60,008 nucleotides of DNA from an uncultured Candidatus Saccharibacteria bacterium (GTDB taxonomy: Bacteria > Patescibacteriota > Dojkabacteria > B142 > OLB20). Every line of letters starts with the position of its first letter. The stretch's first letter is position 1. Shown here in pieces: positions 28,064-37,197 of this stretch. Made by a program: the position numbers and the translations under genes. The notes under the pieces were generated by a model. The model searched no databases and was not told where the DNA came from. It saw only the letters and a list, made by a program, of their open reading frames with translations. The stretch covers positions 1-60,008 of the forward strand of contig CAYQRB010000001.1 of assembly GCA_964420145.1 (NCBI GenBank), written 5' to 3'.

Positions 28064-29215
28064 ATGTATCACATCCTCGCCGTTAACGCTGGCAGTACTT
28101 CAGTAAAATACAAACTTTTCAGTAGCTCTCTTGAAGAAGTGCTTTCCGGACATATTGAAAATGATAAGGGCAAATATATATCAAAACTAAAAAAATATGG
28201 TCAAAAGTATCAATGGGATCTCACAGAAGCCGAATATCAACGGCCCGATATAATCATAGCAAAAGAAATCGAAGGATATACTATTAAAAAAATCGGTTTT
28301 CGTGTGGTACATGGTGGAGAAAAATATATAAAACCAACAAAATTGAGTCTAGCGGTAATAGAAGATCTCGTAGAACTTAACAATCTTGCTCCCCTACATA
28401 ATCCTCCTGCACTCAAAGTTATTAAACTATTCTCTAAAAAATTTCCAGAAACTTCTTTGTTTGCATTTTTTGATACGGCATTTCACTCCTCTATGAAGCC
28501 AGAGCAATTTTTATACTCCTTACCATATGATCTGTATAAGAAATATAAAATACGAAAGTACGGATTTCATGGGATTTCACATCAATATATTTATCAGCAG
28601 TTACAACAAGTTGAAAAAAAGACAGCAAGAGTAATATCTTGTCATCTTGGAGGTGGAGCAAGTATAACAGCAATTAAAAAGGGCAACAGTTTTGACACCT
28701 CAATGGGCTTTACTCCACTAGAAGGGCTCACAATGGCAACTAGATCTGGAGATATTGATTCAGGAATAATTTTTTACCTGGCAGAAAAACATTTATATTC
28801 TTTATCTGAAATAAAAAGTATTACTAATAATCATAGTGGGATGCTTGGAATTTCAGAAATTACTTCTGATATGAGGAAACTCTTGGAGTTAGAAAAAGAA
28901 GGAAACGAAAAAGCTTCTCTTGCAATAAATATTTATATTTATGATGTTTTGAGATATATTGGATCATATATCGTAGCACTAGGGGGGCTTGATATACTTG
29001 CTTTTAGCGGTGGTGTGGGTTCGGGATCTGACATACTTCGTGAGCGAATTTGTGAAGGACTCTCTGCTTATAACATAAAAGTATCAAGGACAAACAAAGG
29101 GAAAATCAATGTTGAACAGAATTTAAAGATAAGCTCTAGAGGATCTATTCCTGTTTGGGTAATACCAACTAACGAAGAAAAACAAATCGCTAGCGAACTA
29201 TTGAAACTAACCTAA
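28064..29215 (+). CDS. ackA: acetate kinase
   Basis: ILAVNAGSTSVKYKLF, RKYGFHGISHQY, ISCHLGGGASITA, FSGGVG. The start abuts the xfp stop. Confidence 0.95.
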   Translation: MYHILAVNAGSTSVKYKLFSSSLEEVLSGHIENDKGKYISKLKKYGQKYQWDLTEAEYQRPDIIIAKEIEGYTIKKIGFRVVHGGEKYIKPTKLSLAVIEDLVELNNLAPLHNPPALKVIKLFSKKFPETSLFAFFDTAFHSSMKPEQFLYSLPYDLYKKYKIRKYGFHGISHQYIYQQLQQVEKKTARVISCHLGGGASITAIKKGNSFDTSMGFTPLEGLTMATRSGDIDSGIIFYLAEKHLYSLSEIKSITNNHSGMLGISEITSDMRKLLELEKEGNEKASLAINIYIYDVLRYIGSYIVALGGLDILAFSGGVGSGSDILRERICEGLSAYNIKVSRTNKGKINVEQNLKISSRGSIPVWVIPTNEEKQIASELLKLT

Positions 29216-29235
29216 ATAGGGATTAACAATCCTAT

Positions 29236-29970
29236 CTAAATCAATAAAAATGCAGATACAACTAATCCAGCAGTTTCTGTCCGCAAAATAGGAAGGGTTA
29301 AATTTACTATTTGAAAATTGTGGGATTGAGCTATTTCAACCTCCTTTTTAGAGAATCCGCCTTCTGGACCGATACAAACAGTAATTTGTTCTTCTCCTTT
29401 TAGTTGAGATTTGATATCAGACAAAGACATAGTCTCGTTTTTCACATTATCAGTATGTAAAAGTATCTTTGTATCTGCGGGTTTTGCAATCATAGAAGTA
29501 AAATCAACTGGCCCATATATGGGTGGTAAGAAGTTATTACGACTTTGCCTCGCAGACTCTCTAACTATTTTATTAAGTCTTGTTAATTTAGCCTCATGAT
29601 AATCTTTGATCTTTACAACACTGTGATCACTTTCAAATAAGACAAATTCGCTCACTCCTATTTCTGTATTCATACGAAGAATATTATCTATCTTGCCAGC
29701 CTTAGGCAATGCCTGAGCCATTACAATCCTTAGTCCGTTTTTACCCTCCATTTTATATTCTTCAATCAAACTTACTACTAACAAGTCTTTTGATAATATC
29801 TCTACTTCGGTTAAAAATACCATACCCTTTCCATCAAAAAGCTCTACCCTATCTCCTTTGTCTAATCGCAAAACTTTGCGTGCATGACGGATAATGTCCG
29901 TATCGTGAAGATAGTATTTACCCTTAGAATACTCTGCGTCAGAAATAAAAAACCTTGAAGCTCTACTCAT
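29236..29970 (-). CDS. rsmE: 16S rRNA (uracil1498-N3)-methyltransferase RsmE
   Basis: RFFISD...H...VLRLDKGDRVELFDGKG N-terminal PUA-like part and a C-terminal IGPEGGFSKKEV...LPILRTETAG SPOUT knot. Confidence 0.85.
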   Translation of the reverse strand: MSRASRFFISDAEYSKGKYYLHDTDIIRHARKVLRLDKGDRVELFDGKGMVFLTEVEILSKDLLVVSLIEEYKMEGKNGLRIVMAQALPKAGKIDNILRMNTEIGVSEFVLFESDHSVVKIKDYHEAKLTRLNKIVRESARQSRNNFLPPIYGPVDFTSMIAKPADTKILLHTDNVKNETMSLSDIKSQLKGEEQITVCIGPEGGFSKKEVEIAQSHNFQIVNLTLPILRTETAGLVVSAFLLI

Positions 29971-30869
29971 GGATTCTCTCTAATGCCTCTAGCTAGATTT
30001 CCAATCATTATTGCTTGTACATGCAAATGATAAACCACCCCAATAGAAATTAATGGAGTAACGATTAATAACATTAATACAAAAAGTAGAGGAAAAAGAG
30101 AAGGGAAAAGAATCAATGCCAAGACAAAAAATATTAAGGGTAGATAGATAATTGTTGACATCATAAACTGTAAAAGATAATTTATAATCCCAACTAAAAA
30201 TGAGTACATTGGATATTTACGCAATACTCTCCAAGTTTGAGCATAGTTAATAACATCAGTTATATTGGTTTGGTTGATATACCTAGAGGTAATTACTGGA
30301 TTTATAAAAAGCCTGACCATCACCTGTAAAAGACTTCCTATAAAAGTTAGCCCATATCCTAATACCATAAATATGATAACTATTAACGGTGTTGATTTCT
30401 CAAAAATTGCGGATAAACCTATAATCAAATATCCTATGAATCCGATAGTAAACGGTATAATTTGATATATAAAAAATAATATAATTATTATCAATGCATG
30501 CTTTAGCCTACTAAAAAAATTCCTGATTGAATATAGATCCAGAATCTCAACTTGGTTAGAAACTGCTTCACTTTCTTTTATCTGGTAGCCAGTAGCAGAT
30601 AGACCTGCAATAAAAATGAAAGGAATACTAAATATAAACAAGAGCATTAAAGGGAGTACCAATGGTGAAATTTCGGCCTTATACTCATCTCTTATCGCAA
30701 TAAATATAATACTCCACAGAGATATAAAAAAGAGTAAAGAAGTAACAGTCAGTGGAAATCCTATATAGAAACTTCTTTTTTTCCAATCTTTTAGATGAAA
30801 AAAGCTCGTTACTATTTCGGAAATATCGAACTTTATACCCGAAACTTGCATACTTTTGTTTGTTTGCAT
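29967..30869 (-). CDS. polytopic hypothetical membrane protein (300 aa)
   Basis: At least 7 hydrophobic segments. The stop overlaps the rsmE start (ATGA). Confidence 0.5.
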   Translation of the reverse strand: MQTNKSMQVSGIKFDISEIVTSFFHLKDWKKRSFYIGFPLTVTSLLFFISLWSIIFIAIRDEYKAEISPLVLPLMLLFIFSIPFIFIAGLSATGYQIKESEAVSNQVEILDLYSIRNFFSRLKHALIIIILFFIYQIIPFTIGFIGYLIIGLSAIFEKSTPLIVIIFMVLGYGLTFIGSLLQVMVRLFINPVITSRYINQTNITDVINYAQTWRVLRKYPMYSFLVGIINYLLQFMMSTIIYLPLIFFVLALILFPSLFPLLFVLMLLIVTPLISIGVVYHLHVQAIMIGNLARGIRENP

Positions 30870-30999
30870 AATATATATATTTAATACTTAATTTTAATCC
30901 ATACTGTAATAAGATTCAATTATTATTTAATTAGAATTATACTCCCCTTACAATGAATATTAATATCTTCTATAATGTGATATCTTAATAAATTTTTTA

Positions 31000-31353
31000 A
31001 TGGAAAACACAGTATCACCTGCACAACCAATACCAAATACAGCACCGCACAAACCTGTTATACAAGCAACTCAAAAACCTACTCCTCAACTCCGTCCAAC
31101 TCCACAAGAAGACAGTTTTGCTACTGCCTCATTTTGGCTAGGGATCATCTCTTTCTTTATTAGTATATTACCTGTATGTGGTTTATTATTTGGGATTATT
31201 GCTATTGTACTAGGTATTAAAGGTCTAGAATCAAGCCGTAATTCGAAATCTGCAAAAATTGGAATCGTACTAGCTATTTTGGGGGTCGTGGGGTCTATAT
31301 TGGCAAGCTTTGTCCTCTTGTATATGGATGTACTAACAAGGCTCCCTTTATAA
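31000..31353 (+). CDS. DUF4190-like small membrane protein with P/Q/T-rich N-terminus
   Basis: ASFWLGIISFFISILPVCGLLFGIIAIVLGIKGL...AKIGIVLAILGVVG pattern. Confidence 0.6.
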   Translation: MENTVSPAQPIPNTAPHKPVIQATQKPTPQLRPTPQEDSFATASFWLGIISFFISILPVCGLLFGIIAIVLGIKGLESSRNSKSAKIGIVLAILGVVGSILASFVLLYMDVLTRLPL

Positions 31354-31660
31354 ACTCCAAATACTAGCCTCGATAATTGAGCTATAATAGTAATACTATT
31401 ACTCCTATTATCAATATGGTAATCAAAACCAAAATCTCCAAAAAATATAATAGAACTCTCTACTTTCTTTTTAGAGCTACACTGGGCCGGATTAGGATGA
31501 AAACTTTTAATGTGTTTTTATTAGAAACATCTTCTGAAATATCATTCAGACCCGATATCTGTATAGAACCTATTGTAAGAAATATTCTATTGAATAGAGG
31601 ACAAATGGTCTAATAAATGCTATGATGATTTTCGTTTTTATAAAGTAATTTTTATTATAT

Positions 31661-32908
31661 ATGGATACCAACACCCCAGGGAAAAAACGGCTTTTAAACA
31701 ATATTACTTTTTTTGGTGATTCTGCAATCCCGGAAGATAGTAAGATCTATAAAGAAGTTTGGCATTCTGCAAAGATCTTAGCAGAGAGAGGTTATACTAT
31801 AGTTAATGGTGGTGGGCCAGGTGTGATGAAAGCAGCGACTGATGGTGCAGAGAAAGGGAAAGGGAAGACAATAGCAATTTATTGGCAACCTAAACTCGCT
31901 TCGTTTTTTGAAGGAAGAAACCTAGCCAACATTACGGATGAATATGAGACTGCAAGCAACTATATGACCAGAACTTTGGGACTTATTGAGAAAGGAGATG
32001 CTTATATAGTTTGCAAAGGTGGTACTGGAACCATTTCTGAGTTTGGTATGGTATGGGCATTAGCAAAACTATACTATGGCTGTCATAAACCAGTTATCTT
32101 GTTTGGTGATTTCTGGGATCCCATTATAGAAACTATCCAAAATCAGATGAATATTGATGAGAAAGAACTAGCAGTACTCTACCAAGCTACAACCCCAGAA
32201 CAACTTCTATCTATTCTCGAAAAACACGAACTAAAGATTGGTGATTGTGCTGAAAAAGAAATCTCAGGAGATGAATCTGCATTCATACTAAGCCCTAGAC
32301 ATTTGACTAATATAGTTGCCTTTGATCAAGAAGCTGTTAACTATGATGAGCAACATGCCGAAAAACCCGTCTCTCATGAACAACTTGATGAATTTATATC
32401 ACTCGTCCACCCACCAGCAAAAGTACTTGATCTAGGGATTGGATTCGGACAAGATTCAAAATACTTATCAAGTAAATATACCATGACTGGTATAGACATT
32501 TCTCCAAAATCAGCGACTATCGCCAGGTTCGAAAACCCAGGAATGGAAGTTATTGTAGCAGATATGGTCGATTATGATTTCGGAAAAAATATTTATAAAG
32601 GGGTTTGGGCTAGAAACTCTCTCCACCACATCGAAGACAAATATCAAGATAGATTGTTTCAAAAAATCTTTGATGCACTGGTTGAAGAAGGAGTATTTTA
32701 TCTAGTTGTTCGCGAAGGGGAAGGAGAAATAACCGAAACCAATGAAAAAGGTTATCAAAAAATAGAAAAATTCTATCATTTATTTAGTAAAAAGGAGGTC
32801 TTAGACAGAGCTTCAAAGGCAGGTTTCCTTGTTGAAAAAATTGAAACAGTAATCAGAAGTCATAAGTGGCTTAATATAATCCTCAAAAAACCAAAATCCG
32901 AGTTATGA
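31661..32908 (+). CDS. LOG-family (TIGR00730-type) domain fused to a class I SAM-dependent methyltransferase
   Basis: LOG motifs GYTIVNGGGPGVMKA and KGGTGTISEFG. C-terminal MTase motif I VLDLGIGFGQDS and later VWARNSLHHI...GVFYLVV. Confidence 0.7.
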   Translation: MDTNTPGKKRLLNNITFFGDSAIPEDSKIYKEVWHSAKILAERGYTIVNGGGPGVMKAATDGAEKGKGKTIAIYWQPKLASFFEGRNLANITDEYETASNYMTRTLGLIEKGDAYIVCKGGTGTISEFGMVWALAKLYYGCHKPVILFGDFWDPIIETIQNQMNIDEKELAVLYQATTPEQLLSILEKHELKIGDCAEKEISGDESAFILSPRHLTNIVAFDQEAVNYDEQHAEKPVSHEQLDEFISLVHPPAKVLDLGIGFGQDSKYLSSKYTMTGIDISPKSATIARFENPGMEVIVADMVDYDFGKNIYKGVWARNSLHHIEDKYQDRLFQKIFDALVEEGVFYLVVREGEGEITETNEKGYQKIEKFYHLFSKKEVLDRASKAGFLVEKIETVIRSHKWLNIILKKPKSEL

Positions 32909-33819
32909 AAAATCCTAGACTCATAATCACTACATTACTACACGGAACTATTATGGGTATCGCAGAAATAGTCCCCGGGATTAGTGCATCTACTGCTACT
33001 CTACTTCTTGGTATTTATGATGACTTTATTGAGCTCTTATCTGGAGTTACTAATTTTGTTCATATATTTTTTGATTTTATCCTTCAAAAACGCAAAAAGT
33101 CAGAAGTTATCAGCACCTTTAAAAACATTAACTTTACATATGGGATACAACTTATCACAGGAATGGGAGTTGGGATTGTACTTTTTTCTCATATTATAAG
33201 CTATGTCTATGATAGGGATGAGCAACTTATGAACTCTATATTTTTTGGAATAATTCTTGCTTCCCTAACAATCCCATTTAAGGTTATAAAAAAGCCATCA
33301 CTCACCGATATAATCTTTTTTTCTATTGGCTTTATTATATTCTTTTCTCTACTACAGATTAATTCTGGACTTGAGTCAGACCAAGTACCCTTATGGTTAG
33401 TATTTTTTGGAGGAGCAATAAGCGTAACAGGTATGGTACTGCCCGGAGTAAACAGTTCTTTTTTACTTATTCCACTTGGAGTCTACGAAGTTGTTCTTAA
33501 TATCATTACACAGTTTAGTAAATTTAATTTTCAGGCAGAGTATATTATTCAATCTATAGCCTTTTTTACTGGATTAGGATTCGGACTGGTTTCTATTGTT
33601 AAAATATTAAAAATAGCATTTGAGAAATACTTAACAAACTTATTTGCGCTGATAGCAGGCATTATGATCGCATCTCTTGCAGAAATATGGCCCTTTAGTA
33701 ACCACCTTACAAGTAATCGCATCCTTCTACCAACAATATTGATAGTTAGCTCTACAATTATAACCTTCGTATTTATCAAAATCTCCAAACCAGAAAAAGA
33801 GTTCAAAAAAAGCACTTAA
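32905..33819 (+). CDS. DUF368-family polytopic membrane protein (candidate polyprenyl-phosphate translocase)
   Basis: GIAEIVPGISASTATLLLGIYD and a second LPGVNSSFLLIPLGVYE repeat characteristic of DUF368. ATGA overlap with the upstream gene. Confidence 0.7.
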   Translation: MKNPRLIITTLLHGTIMGIAEIVPGISASTATLLLGIYDDFIELLSGVTNFVHIFFDFILQKRKKSEVISTFKNINFTYGIQLITGMGVGIVLFSHIISYVYDRDEQLMNSIFFGIILASLTIPFKVIKKPSLTDIIFFSIGFIIFFSLLQINSGLESDQVPLWLVFFGGAISVTGMVLPGVNSSFLLIPLGVYEVVLNIITQFSKFNFQAEYIIQSIAFFTGLGFGLVSIVKILKIAFEKYLTNLFALIAGIMIASLAEIWPFSNHLTSNRILLPTILIVSSTIITFVFIKISKPEKEFKKST

Positions 33820-33876
33820 TTGCCTTCTTTAAATGACCCCTTTATAATTTTACTATTCCATTTATCAGATTTTAAA

Positions 33877-34128
33877 ATGGAGGAGAATAGTACTAAAAAG
33901 ATAAGTGTATTTTTAATAGTCACAGCAATTCTTTTCGTGATTTCTCTAATCATACTCATTATGGTTACAAGTAAGGCTATATATGATACTTCCAGTAAGT
34001 CGTGTGAATATAATGGTGTTATTTATAAAAATGGAGAAAGTTTCAAAGATGACTGTAACACTTGCTCCTGCCAGAACGGAGAGATTGGTTGTACTGCTAT
34101 GGGTTGTACTGGAGATATATCGAATTAG
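33877..34128 (+). CDS. small membrane-anchored protein with VWC-like Cys-rich domain
   Basis: TM anchor ISVFLIVTAILFVISLIILIMV, then CEYNGVIYKNGESFKDDCNTCSCQNGEIGCTAMGC. The ATG at 33877 is preferred over the TTG at 33820. Confidence 0.55.
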   Translation: MEENSTKKISVFLIVTAILFVISLIILIMVTSKAIYDTSSKSCEYNGVIYKNGESFKDDCNTCSCQNGEIGCTAMGCTGDISN

Positions 34129-34505
34129 AAATTAAAAACTTTGGGCAGAAAGATTATAATTGATATAATTACCGCAAATATTGCTCCTATTAGTACCGCT
34201 CCTGCTGAAATATCTCTAGCATTTCTAGTTGCCTCATAATCAAGTCCTAGGTCATCTCTGAGTTTGTTACAAACATCTTCTAGTGCTGTGTTCACTGTCT
34301 CCAAACTCATCACCAATGCATAGCAGAGTAAAATTATAAGCCACTCTATTTGTGTAGTTTGAAGCAAGATTCCTACGAAACTTACTACGAAAACTGCCAA
34401 GATATGCACCCTCATATTTCTTTCTTTTATTACCAAGCCAATTCCTCGAAATGCATGAGGAAAACTTTTAATAACTTTTTGTATATCCATAGGAAATAAT
34501 AACAA
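34125..34505 (-). CDS. dgkA: diacylglycerol/undecaprenol kinase (prokaryotic DgkA family)
   Basis: Three TM helices with SLETVNTALEDVCN and ARDISAGAVLIGA signatures. Confidence 0.85.
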   Translation of the reverse strand: MLLFPMDIQKVIKSFPHAFRGIGLVIKERNMRVHILAVFVVSFVGILLQTTQIEWLIILLCYALVMSLETVNTALEDVCNKLRDDLGLDYEATRNARDISAGAVLIGAIFAVIISIIIFLPKVFNF

Positions 34506-34599
34506 CTAAACATGTGTATTACAAATATTATCTACTTGCCCTAACCTGGGATTCTTTGTTTATCTAAAGTTTGAAACTTTTATAAATTATATGATAGTA

Positions 34600-34673
34600 T
34601 TAATTACTAACTTAGTGAAGAAGGGTGTGATTCCCTCACTGTGCCGCAGCGGTAAAAGTCCGACCCTAATTAG
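34600..34673 (+). promoter_or_regulatory. compact cobalamin (B12) riboswitch-like aptamer
   Basis: UUAAUUAC...UAGUGAAGAAGGGUGUGAUUCCCUCACUGUGCCGCAGCGGUAAAAGUCCGACCCUAAUUAG. P1 is 34600-34606 paired with 34667-34673. A nested stem AGUGA/UCACU encloses a GGG-UGUGAUU-CCC hairpin. The GCCGCAGCGGUAA and AGUCCGA blocks resemble the conserved Cbl core as I recall it from btuB-type and short class-II examples. Confidence 0.6.
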
Positions 34674-34691
34674 TCAATCTATTTTAAATGA

Positions 34692-36146
34692 TTGATAGTC
34701 CCGAGCAGGAATCATATATTTTTCCCTCCAAGACTATCTCCAATTACCCTTATGGCGATTGCAGAGATACCAGATACAAAACCAGGCTTTACTTACTCGC
34801 CAGAATACTCTACTGTATCAGACTCCTTAGATACATTAAAACAGGTATTTTTTCAAATAGCAGGAGAAAGACTAGACAGTCTAAGAGGAACTGATTTCTC
34901 TTCACTAAAAAGAACATACTCTAGTCGTGGAAATACAATTAACTATGTAGTTGACCTATTAGAAACTTATACTAATTATTACGGGGACTATGAAAAAAGA
35001 GAGTTAGAGGTTAGTAATAATCTACTAACCGCCGTTATCGAGCACGCACTAGCCGATTCTACCGGAATATATACATATACAAACTTTTGGAAACCAGAGA
35101 GTGGAAGCTTGTCTCTTCATACCGAATATGGATCACTTTCTGAAATTATTCAAAACTCAATCGATGATGAAACAGGACAGGTCCCCGAATTTGAAGTTCA
35201 TAGGAATATTCAAGAGCTATTATTTTTAAATAAACTAACTACAGCTAGAAATCGTGGAATAGATGAAACAGGGGTTGTATTTAGCCCAAGTCCAGATATG
35301 TCTAATCCCAAGACACAAGCGCGTGGATATCAAGGTAATGACCAAATTCGTATATCAAGAAAGGGAGAAAACGGAATCGAAGAACAAACTATATACTGGT
35401 TTCCCAGAGTGGAAACGACTCAATATATTGAGCTAGCACAACAACTAATTGAAGCAGACCCGAATCACAGGTCAAGCCGATATTTAAGAGATTCCGTAGT
35501 ACAAATCATAAAGAATCCTACTGATATAAATATAATGGCGTGTTCAGACATATTTTCCGACAAACAAATGGAAGTTATTACACACTTTATAGAAAAGAAT
35601 CAACAACAACTTCCGACCGATCATAGTGTAATTACAAACTATATAAATACAGCAATACAAGGAGTTACTACAGCAAAACTACTAAATTTAACCTACCAGG
35701 GGACAATATCTTTACTAGAAGATGATACTCCCTCCCTAAATCAGAAATTAGAACAAATTTTCGACTTAATTGAAGAGGCTCAGTTTGCTTTTAGGCTTTT
35801 TGTTCGAGACCATGGTGGTATAAATACATTCACTCCAGAAATCTCAAATCAGCTAAACTATACATGGTCACAATACCAACAGATGTCTTTTGAGAATCGT
35901 CAGCAAACATTTAGACCGTCTGGTTTTAGTGGAAGCGGTTGTGGGTTTAGTGGTCAAGAAATAAAACTAAAAAACGGTTCCAGTATTTGGGGGCCTATGT
36001 CAGTACATGCAAATATCATGGGAATTCAGTCCTCCTTCCCAAGTGATTTTGGGGAACCTCATCACGCTAGTTGCAAAGGCTGTAACAGCTATACAATAGT
36101 AGGTGGTTGTGACCTTTGTATTAGTTGTCATAATCGATTTTCTTGA
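34692..36146 (+). CDS. orphan cytoplasmic protein with C-terminal Cx2Cx8Cx2Cx2C zinc-ribbon-like motif
   Basis: Long ORF directly downstream of the riboswitch-like element. The maximal ORF starts at TTG 34692, and the first ATG is at 34752. C-terminus SCKGCNSYTIVGGCDLCISCHNRFS. No signal peptide or TM helix. Confidence 0.6.
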   Translation: MIVPSRNHIFFPPRLSPITLMAIAEIPDTKPGFTYSPEYSTVSDSLDTLKQVFFQIAGERLDSLRGTDFSSLKRTYSSRGNTINYVVDLLETYTNYYGDYEKRELEVSNNLLTAVIEHALADSTGIYTYTNFWKPESGSLSLHTEYGSLSEIIQNSIDDETGQVPEFEVHRNIQELLFLNKLTTARNRGIDETGVVFSPSPDMSNPKTQARGYQGNDQIRISRKGENGIEEQTIYWFPRVETTQYIELAQQLIEADPNHRSSRYLRDSVVQIIKNPTDINIMACSDIFSDKQMEVITHFIEKNQQQLPTDHSVITNYINTAIQGVTTAKLLNLTYQGTISLLEDDTPSLNQKLEQIFDLIEEAQFAFRLFVRDHGGINTFTPEISNQLNYTWSQYQQMSFENRQQTFRPSGFSGSGCGFSGQEIKLKNGSSIWGPMSVHANIMGIQSSFPSDFGEPHHASCKGCNSYTIVGGCDLCISCHNRFS

Positions 36147-36238
36147 ATAGATTATACTTGTCCCGACACTTGTTTATTGTTGTCTGAACACAATCTTAAT
36201 CTTTGTTTATTCTCGTAAATGCAGATCCTATCCTATCT

Positions 36239-36913
36239 TTATACTAGAGTCTCACCTCGAATTTCGTTAATCATTGTATCAAATGCATGTGCAAGATACC
36301 CTTGTGTAGTTCCACAATCTGTAAATATAGAGCTTAAATGTCGATTGGGGAAATCAAGACTACTAAACACATATGACATATCTCCATCCATATAGTCTCG
36401 ACGCTTCTTTGCCGAAGATATCTTCTCTAAATTCCCTGAAATCCCAAGTAACATTTTATCATTCAAAAGATCATCAATACCAGCACCCACTCCCTTCTGT
36501 GATTTTATTATTCCTTGACGAGTTGGAGAACCCTCCTCGTATTTACTACACAAGTCAGTATCTTTCTTAGCTTTCCCAACCCGATTTTGCACATCATGCA
36601 CATATTTCAACAAATTGCGCTTATACTCCTCTAGATAAGCTACTATATCATCTTTGTCCCGCCCACTATCAAGTATCTCGGTTATCTTTGTACCAATTTC
36701 ATTACCGTCAACTATTCTTGCTATAGGTTCTAGCCAATCTTTTGCTACCGGGAGGAAAAATGCCGTCATCTCACGGCGATATCTGTCCAACCCATCAGCC
36801 ATACCGGACAACTTATTTATTAATCCTGTGATATTTCCACCTAGAGCATACACTTTTCTATCTGTATCCTCTGCCAATCCTGCAGTATTTAGGCCGAAGA
36901 TATCATTGCTCAT
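36239..36913 (-). CDS. hypothetical soluble protein (224 aa as annotated, and the reading frame stays open a further 144 nt upstream)
   Basis: Coding-like ORF. The upstream in-frame extension lacks a start codon and meets a 43-aa ORF at an (AT)5 tract (see findings). Confidence 0.5.
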   Translation of the reverse strand: MSNDIFGLNTAGLAEDTDRKVYALGGNITGLINKLSGMADGLDRYRREMTAFFLPVAKDWLEPIARIVDGNEIGTKITEILDSGRDKDDIVAYLEEYKRNLLKYVHDVQNRVGKAKKDTDLCSKYEEGSPTRQGIIKSQKGVGAGIDDLLNDKMLLGISGNLEKISSAKKRRDYMDGDMSYVFSSLDFPNRHLSSIFTDCGTTQGYLAHAFDTMINEIRGETLV

Positions 36914-37197
36914 AATCTTTGTCCCCTTTATAGTTGATCTAAGTCTATCTACTGGTCCATCAAGCGCATCAGTTCGGTCTTGAACTTTCAGTAAATTGTC
37001 CTTGGTATCCTCTACAAATCCTCCTAAGATAGTATATATATATGACCGATATGGGTATCACGGCTTTCAGGTAATAAACCTCTTGGTTGTTCGACACGGC
37101 CTGTATGGTTTGATAATGAACCGGATCCATCCCCAGTCTCGCTGGATGACGACATAGTTAATTATGATAAAAAATACTTATCTACATATTACTATAA

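Noticed and set aside
31377-31613. 78-aa ORF in the 307-nt gap upstream of the LOG-methyltransferase gene
   Set aside because: There is no motif, the composition is odd (basic and Ile/Asn-rich) and nothing supports translation. I also found no recognisable ncRNA motif in this long spacer, so it is left unannotated.
34600-34673. Alternative reading of the riboswitch-like element as an FMN (RFN) element because of GGGUGUGAUUCCC…GCGGUAAAAGUCCG
   Set aside because: The element is far too short and lacks the second half of the RFN fold, with no repeated GGUGAAAUUCC-type arm and no …GGAUGGGAGA 3' closing. The nested-stem layout matches short cobalamin aptamers better.
34688-34894. 68-aa ORF starting at ATG 34688
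   Set aside because: It overlaps the 5' end of the 484-aa ORF in another frame and encodes an Arg/Tyr-rich low-complexity peptide. The ATG is more likely just part of the expression-platform hairpin.
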